A stretch of 64,000 nt of DNA from Tidjanibacter sp. GTDB lineage: Bacteria; Bacteroidota; Bacteroidia; Bacteroidales; Rikenellaceae. A model generated the notes under the pieces. That model was not told the DNA's origin. It ran no database searches and saw nothing but the letters and a program-made list of their open reading frames with translations. The stretch's first letter is position 1, and the number at the start of each line of letters is the position of its first letter. This document shows, piece after piece, positions 32,206-40,331 of this stretch. Both the position numbers and the translations under genes were made by a program. The stretch covers positions 29,668 through 93,667 of the forward strand of contig CAVHXY010000007.1 of the NCBI GenBank assembly GCA_963640325.1, in the 5' to 3' direction.

Positions 32206-32989
32206 GATACAGACCGCCGAACGGGTATCACAGACAGACCCTTCTGACAACTTCGTTTTCCAACGTTCCTTGTTGGCTTATCACAAAGCTGCAAGGATGG
32301 TTTATGGCCAAGTGCTTGAAATCGGTACTGGCAGTGGCTATGGAGCGGCATTGATTGCACCGCACACGGGACATTTCACGACGATAGATAAATTCCGTAC
32401 GGAGAATGCAGAGCTCAGGGCATTGCCCAATGTGGACTTTGTGGAGATGTCTGTGCCTCCGCTCAGTGGTTTCGCCTCGGAAAGTTTTGATTTTGTGGTC
32501 TCTTTTCAGGTAATAGAACACATTGAGCATGACTGCGAGTTGATTGCAGAAATGGCGCGTGTCCTCCGTCCTGAAGGACGTCTTATTCTATCTACCCCCA
32601 ATCGCCTCATGTCTCTCACACGCAATCCATGGCACGTAAGGGAATACACGGCGCCGGAACTTGCCGACTTGCTTTCCGGTCCGTTCGGACATGTAGATGC
32701 CATGGGCGTATTCGGCAATGAAAAGGTAACGGAGTATTACGAACAAAACCGTAGTTCGGTAAGGCGAATTACCCGTTTCGACATATTCGACCTGCAGCAC
32801 CGGTTACCACGTCGTCTGCTACAGATTCCCTACGATGTTGCCAATCGCATAAACAGACGCAAGCTACTCAAGGAAAACCGAGCACTCACATCTTCCATTA
32901 CGATGGATGACTATCGCATCGCCCCTGCCAATGAGCAGTGCTTCGATCTTTTTTTTGTGGCTCAGAAAAAGGGAGACGTTATCGGGTAA
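32198..32989 (+). CDS. Class I SAM-dependent methyltransferase
   Basis: VLEIGTGSGYG, SFQVIEH, STPN, NPWHVREY. Confidence 0.9.
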   Translation: MNKIQTAERVSQTDPSDNFVFQRSLLAYHKAARMVYGQVLEIGTGSGYGAALIAPHTGHFTTIDKFRTENAELRALPNVDFVEMSVPPLSGFASESFDFVVSFQVIEHIEHDCELIAEMARVLRPEGRLILSTPNRLMSLTRNPWHVREYTAPELADLLSGPFGHVDAMGVFGNEKVTEYYEQNRSSVRRITRFDIFDLQHRLPRRLLQIPYDVANRINRRKLLKENRALTSSITMDDYRIAPANEQCFDLFFVAQKKGDVIG

Positions 32990-33216
32990 CGTTCCCTGCC
33001 CCGCCTGTTGAGGGGAACGAGAGCACGGACTATTACTTTTACAGTCTGGCGGCAATATACGAACGGTTCACGCCCGAACAGATAGGCTGTAAGGTTGAAC
33101 GCCTTTGGGCGGTGGGCGTGTCTGACGGAAAGGTTTACACCAACTCCAAAGTAACGATAAGCCGCCAAGAGATAATAAGGAAGAAACAACGACACCGCAA
33201 CGGGGTTACAGCGTAA
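32938..33216 (+). CDS. Phage-type hypothetical protein, probably N-truncated at the insertion junction
   Basis: YRVTF..DYYFYSLAAIYERFTPEQIGCKVERLW; lacks a convincing start and its 5' end overlaps the methyltransferase gene. Confidence 0.5.
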   Translation: MLRSFFCGSEKGRRYRVTFPAPPVEGNESTDYYFYSLAAIYERFTPEQIGCKVERLWAVGVSDGKVYTNSKVTISRQEIIRKKQRHRNGVTA

Positions 33217-33230
33217 GCGGAAAAAGTTAA

Positions 33231-33455
33231 TTATATGGTGCTCATAATGTCAAGACTTTCCTGCCAATCATTCGTCCAACGCAATTTACCGTCCTTGTAG
33301 AGAATGTATTGCGGAAAGCCGATAAAATGTGTTTCCCCGTCGGTAAAGATTGGCTCAATGACTTCGTATTCTTTCCACATTCCAACACGTTTCGCATCGT
33401 GATACCCGGCTTCTCTCGCCATTTTTTTCGCTTCAAGTAAAAATTTTTGCTTCAT
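33231..33455 (-). CDS. 74-aa protein, candidate immunity protein (copy 1)
   Basis: Directly downstream of the toxin-like ORF; 60/74 aa identical to 63019-63243. Confidence 0.75.
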   Translation of the reverse strand: MKQKFLLEAKKMAREAGYHDAKRVGMWKEYEVIEPIFTDGETHFIGFPQYILYKDGKLRWTNDWQESLDIMSTI

Positions 33456-33481
33456 ATTGTTGTATGTATTTATTTTGTTCG

Positions 33482-33489
33482 TAAATTTG
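33482..33489 (+). promoter_or_regulatory. Bacteroidota -7 promoter driving the candidate small RNA
   Basis: TAAATTTG, with TTG 19 bp upstream (33460-33462); the same element is conserved at 62986-62993 on the minus strand. Confidence 0.6.
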
Positions 33490-33495
33490 CGACAT

Positions 33496-33574
33496 ACAAG
33501 AAACCCTTGAGCGTAAGGGGGGATGTGAACCCCCAGTACTTAGATGTGCATCGTTCAAGGGTTTCTTGTTTTTA
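33496..33574 (+). ncRNA. Candidate structured small RNA, antisense to the toxin 3' end
   Basis: 18-bp outer stem (33496-33513 / 33552-33569) enclosing two hairpins, followed by a U-tract; G-U wobbles favour the + strand. Confidence 0.55.
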
Positions 33575-34922
33575 CCATACAATAGAATTGTTCCATGCCA
33601 TTATCCAATACTTCCAGCTTTACATTCCACGTTGTTCCGTTGTAATCGAATTTGTACAAATTATAGTGCGTCACATGTCGCTTGATTTTATTTTTTATGT
33701 TTTTCTGCGCACTTGGTTTTGTCATATCTTTTACTGCACCCATTTCGCTTCTTTCAACAAATTTCAAAACATTTGGGTTGTTCCACGCATATTCAGCAGC
33801 ATGAACTTCTTCTTTGCTGTATAAATGGTCAATAAGATTCTTCCGAGGTTCACCGCTCCTCTTCAATAAGCCTGTTTGTAAATTTTTGACTGTGGAAATT
33901 TCAGAAACCTTGAATCGTTCTCTATCACGGCGAAGTCCTTTTGTGGTTTCCAGCATTTTCTTATTAAAGCTGTTTACACTTCCTTCCGTTTTCTTCGTAA
34001 CATTCTTTATCCACCAAGCCTTTTGCTCTACGGTCATTACGGGTGTTGCCATAGTGCTACCCGCTTTCTTTACCACACCCTTAACAATAAGTGAATTAGG
34101 CTGCAAGTTATCAACACGGTAAGCCCGTATGCCTGCCTTGAAGTCAATGGCCGTTTTTTTGCCGATTCCTGCCCACGGCAAAATGTTCTTTGCCTCTATC
34201 CCCGTCTGTGGGTCATAAAATCGGCGTGTACCGTCTGCAAAGGTCTCCATCGTAATAATGTGGCCTTTCTCTTTTCCAGCCCATCTCCAACTTACATGAT
34301 ATCTGCCCTCCTGCGATGTTTGTGCCAAGAAGTCCCTCCACACGTCTCCCTCTGTCGTGTATGTGGCTCTGACATATCCCCGTCTATCTACGGTACGGCT
34401 CTTTACTGTCTGTCTGCAAACAATCGGAGTCGGTATATTTCCATTGGCATCCGTCCATGCCGCTCGAGTATTCCCACGGAGCAATGTTCCCACACCGTCC
34501 GCTGTTCGTCCAAAGGCTTCAACGGGAAGGCCTCGTCTGCGCAATTCGTAAGCCACAACAGTACTTTGACAATTCACGCGGTACTGTTCGTCCTCTTTGT
34601 AATGTGGATTCGGGTGCATCATGTCGGCTTGTTCGTGCGTCATAGGTGCGCCCACATCAACTCCAATAGCCTTTGCCAATTTGTCTATTTCTGTGACCGT
34701 TGTTTGTGTTGGTGCTGCTCCTTTGATTAGTCCTTTATTGTCACTCAAAAAGTAAGGCAATGACTTTGCACCCTCTATCCGCTTTTCATTGTTGGCTACC
34801 CATTCGCCAAAACGGGCAATGCCGCTGTCACTCCCCGAATAATCCCTGCCGATATAGTTCTTGCTCTCGCTCTCTTTTGTGGGTTCTTCGCCGTTCAATA
34901 TCCGTTCGGTGTCGGCTTTCAT
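33555..34922 (-). CDS. N-truncated MuF/phage minor-head-like polymorphic toxin: papain-fold (Tox-PL-like) domain plus probable C-terminal nuclease-like domain
   Basis: EMKADTERILNGEEP..WVANNEKRI..SLPYFLSDN resembles the post-MuF linker; NPHY..NCQSTVVAYELRRRG, GHII and FYDPQTG give a Cys/His/Asp triad; basic ~135-aa C-terminal domain. Confidence 0.7.
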   Translation of the reverse strand: MKADTERILNGEEPTKESESKNYIGRDYSGSDSGIARFGEWVANNEKRIEGAKSLPYFLSDNKGLIKGAAPTQTTVTEIDKLAKAIGVDVGAPMTHEQADMMHPNPHYKEDEQYRVNCQSTVVAYELRRRGLPVEAFGRTADGVGTLLRGNTRAAWTDANGNIPTPIVCRQTVKSRTVDRRGYVRATYTTEGDVWRDFLAQTSQEGRYHVSWRWAGKEKGHIITMETFADGTRRFYDPQTGIEAKNILPWAGIGKKTAIDFKAGIRAYRVDNLQPNSLIVKGVVKKAGSTMATPVMTVEQKAWWIKNVTKKTEGSVNSFNKKMLETTKGLRRDRERFKVSEISTVKNLQTGLLKRSGEPRKNLIDHLYSKEEVHAAEYAWNNPNVLKFVERSEMGAVKDMTKPSAQKNIKNKIKRHVTHYNLYKFDYNGTTWNVKLEVLDNGMEQFYCMVKTRNP

Positions 34923-35047
34923 CTCGGCCGGCAATTTTCCGCATGGGGAAAACAACAAAATAGTACATCTGTTTTTGCAAAAAAAACATTCTTTTTTAAA
35001 GCAATAAGGGGTATTTTTGCATTACAACTATTAACCGATTTCATACA

Positions 35048-36436
35048 ATGGAAAACTTCAACAAAAAATTCATCTATTTTATCTGTCTTGTTTCAGCCAT
35101 GGGCGGGTTGCTCTTTGGTTATGACTGGGTGGTAATCGGTGGTGCCAAGCCGTTCTACGAAGTCTTTTTCGGAATTGCGGACAACCCCACGCAACAGGGA
35201 CTCGCCATGTCCATTGCCCTTGCGGGTTGCCTTGTAGGAGCAATGGTTTGCGGTTCCTTGGCTGACCGTATAGGCCGCAAGCCTCTTCTGATAATCTCGG
35301 CATTCATATTTCTCGCCTCGGCCTATGCCACGGGAGCATTTGACACATATACCACATTCCTTTGCGCACGTTTCATAGGTGGCATAGCAATCGGCCTGGC
35401 TTCGGGTCTGTCGCCCATGTACATTGCCGAGGTTGCGCCAAGCCATGTTCGTGGCAAACTCGTAACGCTCAACCAGATGACCATTGTACTCGGTATACTT
35501 GCAGCACAAATAGCCAATTTTGCGATAGCGGAACCCATGCCTGATGGTACCGCCACGCCACCGGCCGACTCATGGAATGTTCTTATGGGGTGGAGATGGA
35601 TGTTCTGGAGCGCAGCATTCCCCGCCGGAGCATTTCTGCTGTTGGCCTGTTTCATTCCCGAAAGCCCCCGTTACCTCATAATGAAAGGGGAATTCGGAAA
35701 AGCTGCCACAGTGCTTGGCAATATAGGCGGTGCAGACTATGCCAACAATGAGGTGAATGCGGTAAAAGCAACCGGCAAGGAGACCGAAAAACAAGGCGGA
35801 CTGGGACAACTGTTCAGCCATCCTTACCGAAAGGTATTGTTGCTCGGACTGGTAATTGCTGTTTTCCAGCAATGGTGCGGCACCAATGTCATCTTCAACT
35901 ACGCACAGGAGGTATTCGCCAATGCCGGATATGACCTTGGCGAAATCATGTTCAACATTGTCCTTACGGGAGTAGTGAATGTAGTATTCACCATTGTCGC
36001 AATCTACACTGTGGAGAAACTCGGCCGGCGCAAACTTATGCTTTGGGGCGCAGGGGGGTTGGCTGTGATTTACGCCCTGTTGGGTGCAGGATATTTCTTC
36101 CACATAACCGGACTGTCGATGATTATCCTTGTGGTTGCCGCCATCGCTTGCTATGCAATGACGCTCGGTCCCATCACCTGGGTGCTCCTGTCGGAGATAT
36201 TCCCCAACCGCATACGTGCCGTGGCCGTTGCGACATGCACATTCGCCCTTTGGGTCGGATCGTTCACTTTGACATATTCGTTCCCGTTGCTCAATGCATC
36301 GCTCGGTAGCTATGGAACATTTTGGATTTATGCTCTGATTTGCGGTGCCGGATTCCTTTTCTTCCATTTCCGCTGTCCAGAGACCAAAGGCAGAAGTCTC
36401 GAACAGCTTGAAGAGGAACTTATAGACAAGCAATAG
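35048..36436 (+). CDS. Sugar porter family MFS transporter (XylE-like)
   Basis: GGLLFGYD, DRIGRK, PMYIAE, PESPR, QQWCG, PETKG. Confidence 0.95.
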   Translation: MENFNKKFIYFICLVSAMGGLLFGYDWVVIGGAKPFYEVFFGIADNPTQQGLAMSIALAGCLVGAMVCGSLADRIGRKPLLIISAFIFLASAYATGAFDTYTTFLCARFIGGIAIGLASGLSPMYIAEVAPSHVRGKLVTLNQMTIVLGILAAQIANFAIAEPMPDGTATPPADSWNVLMGWRWMFWSAAFPAGAFLLLACFIPESPRYLIMKGEFGKAATVLGNIGGADYANNEVNAVKATGKETEKQGGLGQLFSHPYRKVLLLGLVIAVFQQWCGTNVIFNYAQEVFANAGYDLGEIMFNIVLTGVVNVVFTIVAIYTVEKLGRRKLMLWGAGGLAVIYALLGAGYFFHITGLSMIILVVAAIACYAMTLGPITWVLLSEIFPNRIRAVAVATCTFALWVGSFTLTYSFPLLNASLGSYGTFWIYALICGAGFLFFHFRCPETKGRSLEQLEEELIDKQ

Positions 36437-36496
36437 ATTCTTATTCCCGGACAATACGGGAAATAACCACAAAGCCGAACCGGCCCGTTTCCATGC

Positions 36497-37612
36497 TCAC
36501 TTTTTGAATGAACGGCCGATTCGGCTTTCTGTTTTGTCCTCGACGGCGTCGGGCAAAGTGTAATAGAAATCCAGCCCACATAACATTTCCACGCTGTCGA
36601 CTGTAACCTCATAGTCCTTCCACGGCCCCGATACCGTCGTCGTATTGGGCATCACGAAACCCGCCGACTGCCATTCGCCGTCCACTTTCGCAAGTACCAC
36701 TTTATAGAAATAGCGCGGTATTCCAATACCGTTCATAAATTCGAGATCATCATCCAACACACCCCCTGTAACCACATACACCGAATCGAGCCTGACCGCC
36801 CAACGGCGCACCTGTTCCTCAAGACGTTTCCATACGCCACGGTTGAGTGCCGGAGTTTGTGGCGAGATATTGGACATGAGAAATGTAGCCCTGTTTTCGG
36901 ACTCATTGTCATTACGGTCTGCCGACGGGCACAGATGTCCACGGTCATAGCCAGAGTTGGCGTAGTCAGCCGTTTCTGCCCAAGGCCACCCTTTTTCTAC
37001 CACCTTGCCATCCACTATAAAATCATCCGAACGCTCCGCCCCATTCGATTCCATATCGCTGGCAGTGAGCAGATATGCGACCCAAGCCGACTGACGGTAG
37101 GTCGTGTCATAACGGAACATATACCGTCCTTCGTCACAACTGACTACATATTCATCATTCTCGGCAAAAGGCAAGTATAGACTTGAATACCATACATTTC
37201 CAATCTCCTTGTCTGCAGTACGGGAATTGGATGGGGTTTCAGCCCCTATAGAAATCTCTCCATGTGTATCATCGGCAGATGTGGGAGTTGTTGCGTCTCG
37301 GGAAACATCACCGCCATGGGCTTTCCCGATTATTGTAGTTCCCGACTCCGTGTCGTTGGATTCCAAATCGGTGCCGTCATGACTGACCCTTGCCTCCGAA
37401 GTTGCAGGAGTCACATGCTCTGTATGGGCTCGTCCGTGCCGATATCGTTCCGGATGCGCAGCGTAGAATATCAATATGGCCAACGCAGCCGCAAAGAGCA
37501 CAATCAGCACACATGCCCAAAAGCCGTTGTCTCCCCTTTGAATATTTCCCGCTGTATCGTCATGCGGTTTAGAACTGTCTGCCCCAATATTATACTCCTT
37601 TCTTTTTGCCAT
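36497..37612 (-). CDS. DNA/RNA non-specific endonuclease (His-Me finger), membrane-anchored
   Basis: N-terminal TM; WVAY, SGYDRGHLCPSAD, TFLMSNISPQ..LN.GVW..LE. Confidence 0.93.
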   Translation of the reverse strand: MAKRKEYNIGADSSKPHDDTAGNIQRGDNGFWACVLIVLFAAALAILIFYAAHPERYRHGRAHTEHVTPATSEARVSHDGTDLESNDTESGTTIIGKAHGGDVSRDATTPTSADDTHGEISIGAETPSNSRTADKEIGNVWYSSLYLPFAENDEYVVSCDEGRYMFRYDTTYRQSAWVAYLLTASDMESNGAERSDDFIVDGKVVEKGWPWAETADYANSGYDRGHLCPSADRNDNESENRATFLMSNISPQTPALNRGVWKRLEEQVRRWAVRLDSVYVVTGGVLDDDLEFMNGIGIPRYFYKVVLAKVDGEWQSAGFVMPNTTTVSGPWKDYEVTVDSVEMLCGLDFYYTLPDAVEDKTESRIGRSFKK

Positions 37613-37682
37613 CGAAATCCCTATTTTCAGCACAAAAATAAAAAATTATTATCTTTGCATTCCAAAATAGATTGGTTTCAAT

Positions 37683-38684
37683 ATGGCTTCATCCAATTTC
37701 GTAGACTATGTCAAGATATTTTGCCGTTCGGGAGCAGGAGGCGCCGGTTCGGCACATTTCCGTCGCGAGAAATTCGTGGCTTTCGGTGGCCCCGACGGTG
37801 GCGACGGCGGTGACGGAGGCAGCGTGGTATTGCGTGGAGACAAGCAATATTGGACTCTCATTCACCTCAAATACCAGCGTCATGTGTTTGCCAAGGACGG
37901 CGAGGCCGGCAGCGGTGCACGCAGTTCCGGCAAGACAGCTCCCAACGAGGTAATTGTCGTGCCTCTCGGCACTGTGGCACGTAATGCCAATACGGGTGAA
38001 ATCGTAGGCGAGGTCACCGAAGACGGAGAGGAATTGGTGTTGCTCAAAGGAGGTCGCGGCGGTCTGGGCAACTGGCATTTCAAATCGGCCACCAACCAGG
38101 CACCACGATATGCCCAGCCGGGCGAAGACCGTCAGGAAGGCTCCTTTGTACTGGAGTTAAAGATTTTGGCAGACGTGGGACTTGTGGGATTTCCCAATGC
38201 CGGCAAATCAACCCTCCTTTCAGTAGTGTCGGCAGCCAAGCCCAAGATTGCCGACTATGCATTCACCACGCTCGAACCCAATCTTGGTTTTGTGGAGTGG
38301 CGAGACGGACGTTCGTTCGTGATGGCCGACATTCCCGGAATAATAGAAGGGGCACATGAAGGCAAGGGTCTGGGACTCAGATTCCTGCGTCATATAGAGC
38401 GTAATTCCATACTCCTGTTCTGCATTCCGGCAACCGCAGAGAGCCTGCGTAAGGAGTATGACATATTGCTCGGTGAACTCACCAAATACAACCCCGAATT
38501 GCTTGACAAGAAACATCTCATTGCAGTGACAAAATGCGACATTGCGGACAAGGAGACGTTGGCGCACATGAAAAGCGAGATGCCCTCAGGAATTGCCAAC
38601 ATATTCATCTCTTCCGTAAGTGGCTACCACATAAGCGAACTGAAGGACATGCTTTGGTCGGCCCTGCAGGAAGATACAAAATAG
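37683..38684 (+). CDS. obgE: GTPase ObgE
   Basis: [35 protein letters not shown]. Confidence 0.97.
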   Translation: MASSNFVDYVKIFCRSGAGGAGSAHFRREKFVAFGGPDGGDGGDGGSVVLRGDKQYWTLIHLKYQRHVFAKDGEAGSGARSSGKTAPNEVIVVPLGTVARNANTGEIVGEVTEDGEELVLLKGGRGGLGNWHFKSATNQAPRYAQPGEDRQEGSFVLELKILADVGLVGFPNAGKSTLLSVVSAAKPKIADYAFTTLEPNLGFVEWRDGRSFVMADIPGIIEGAHEGKGLGLRFLRHIERNSILLFCIPATAESLRKEYDILLGELTKYNPELLDKKHLIAVTKCDIADKETLAHMKSEMPSGIANIFISSVSGYHISELKDMLWSALQEDTK

Positions 38685-38720
38685 CAGAACATTGACAAGG
38701 GACAGCCTACCCTACTCCTA

Positions 38721-39506
38721 TCAGAAGCGTGCATTTTCCATATCGACATCCGTAAGCCGGCACACTAAAAGCTGATAAGATTTATTGAAATAGGACAACA
38801 CTCCGCTTATTGAACCGCTTCCTATAGGCAACAGTTCTCCGGCAAACATTGCTCTCGCAGATGTCCTGACAGCTATTGTATTACCGTGCTTGTCTGTCAG
38901 TATTCTGTCGGTTGCTTCATCGCCTTCCGTCCAACATCTCCCGCCACCGGTCTCAACGAACTGCACTCCCTCAAATTTCACAAAACGAGATATGTGGCTA
39001 TACTCCAACGCATCCATTGTCAGCACCAATGGCTCCACGCTCGGAGCCTTTCCTCCCGTAGAAATCAAGTGATGCTCTATGTCACTGGCTGCAATGTAGC
39101 TCGTTTCATATCCATCAACAGATGCTCCGCCCAACTGTACCAGACCTCCATAAGCCCCGAGAGTAAGTCCATAGCAGTTCACCACCACCGAATCGCCGAC
39201 AAAATAGTCGTTGTACAAGTCCTGTCTGTCAAGCTTGATCTCTAGACCTCCCGATGAATCCTCCACCACAATGCGCTTGTATAGATTGCCATAGCGGTCA
39301 TTGGCGGTAACTACCCCTCTAAGAAAGCACTCTCCGGAAAATGTATACGGATATCCCTCATAGAGGCTCTTGGCATATGCTATGGAGCAGAAACGTTCTT
39401 TTCCTCCCCCTTGTAGTGGAGTCACATAATCAGACGTCACATCGCACGACACCGCTACCGATGCCATGAATAGAAGTGACATATGCCTCTCAATAAGTCT
39501 CCACAT
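38721..39506 (-). CDS. DUF5689-like OB-fold lipoprotein
   Basis: Lipobox VAVSC; GVVTANDRYGNLYK, VRTSARAMF, YQLLV. Start uncertain. Confidence 0.75.
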   Translation of the reverse strand: MWRLIERHMSLLFMASVAVSCDVTSDYVTPLQGGGKERFCSIAYAKSLYEGYPYTFSGECFLRGVVTANDRYGNLYKRIVVEDSSGGLEIKLDRQDLYNDYFVGDSVVVNCYGLTLGAYGGLVQLGGASVDGYETSYIAASDIEHHLISTGGKAPSVEPLVLTMDALEYSHISRFVKFEGVQFVETGGGRCWTEGDEATDRILTDKHGNTIAVRTSARAMFAGELLPIGSGSISGVLSYFNKSYQLLVCRLTDVDMENARF

Positions 39507-40329
39507 CATTGACATCACGCAACAACAACGCATAAATATCTTTGCTCCCATCAAACTTTCCGCACATAAGAATACCGGTCAATGACACTCGTGTCTGCGG
39601 GACGGTCTCTCCGGCAAAAGAGGCATACCGGCTCGTAGCCACCCAAACCTCTGTCCCACTGTCTGTCAAAAATTTGCGGGTACAGTAGGTAGGGGTATAA
39701 TATGCCTCCGGGGAGACGTAATACCACTTTACATTCTCGCCAGTGGCAGAAGCCTCAATAATTTCCTCTGCTGCCAAGGTCAAGCCGTCAATACGTACTA
39801 GCCTTCCACACATCCCCGCCTCTAAATTCTCCGCCGACACACTGCGTGCCACAGGCTCTGCAACTTCCGCATCCCGCACGACATATTTGTCTATCACTAC
39901 CCGAGAACCGAAATCCTTCACGCGCCCCGCGCCCCAACTGTCAGGCGCAAGCCCCAAACACAGCACTCCGTTTTCCATACCGATGGCGCAGCCACGCAGG
40001 GAGACCTTAACCCGTTGGCCTTCACGGTAAATATTGTGCAGGTCATACATGCCGGCACAAATTTCCAAGGCTCCGGAAGCATCCTCCACTATAAAACTCT
40101 TGTACAAGTTGCCTGACCGGTCGTTGGCAGTCACGGTTCCCGCCACCACCATGGCATCTTTTACAGTTACGGCCATACCATAGTACATGGACCGGATTGT
40201 CGCTATGTCGGTGTTGGCCGCCATGCCCGAATTGCCGAACGGCTCGTGCGCATCGAAATCGTTGTAACCACACGAGCAAATCATGACAAGCACCGCCAGC
40301 AAATACAATATTTTCCTATACTTCGCCAT
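39490..40329 (-). CDS. DUF5689-like OB-fold lipoprotein
   Basis: Lipobox ICSC; GTVTANDRSGNLYK, ATSRYASFA; paralog of the adjacent gene. Confidence 0.75.
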   Translation of the reverse strand: MAKYRKILYLLAVLVMICSCGYNDFDAHEPFGNSGMAANTDIATIRSMYYGMAVTVKDAMVVAGTVTANDRSGNLYKSFIVEDASGALEICAGMYDLHNIYREGQRVKVSLRGCAIGMENGVLCLGLAPDSWGAGRVKDFGSRVVIDKYVVRDAEVAEPVARSVSAENLEAGMCGRLVRIDGLTLAAEEIIEASATGENVKWYYVSPEAYYTPTYCTRKFLTDSGTEVWVATSRYASFAGETVPQTRVSLTGILMCGKFDGSKDIYALLLRDVNDVETY

Positions 40330-40331
40330 AA

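Larger units (their letters stand above)
32970..34930. mobile_element. Prophage-derived remnant (MuF-toxin region); boundaries approximate
   Basis: Truncated phage-type ORFs at both edges, between two housekeeping genes; no integrase or att repeat seen. Confidence 0.65.

Noticed and set aside
33496..33574. Reading the toxin-adjacent structure as a tRNA fragment or attachment site (minus-strand GGGGGTTCACATCCCCC looks like a T-arm)
   Set aside because: No full cloverleaf or anticodon arm, and the wobble pairs favour the opposite strand; kept as a candidate novel RNA instead.
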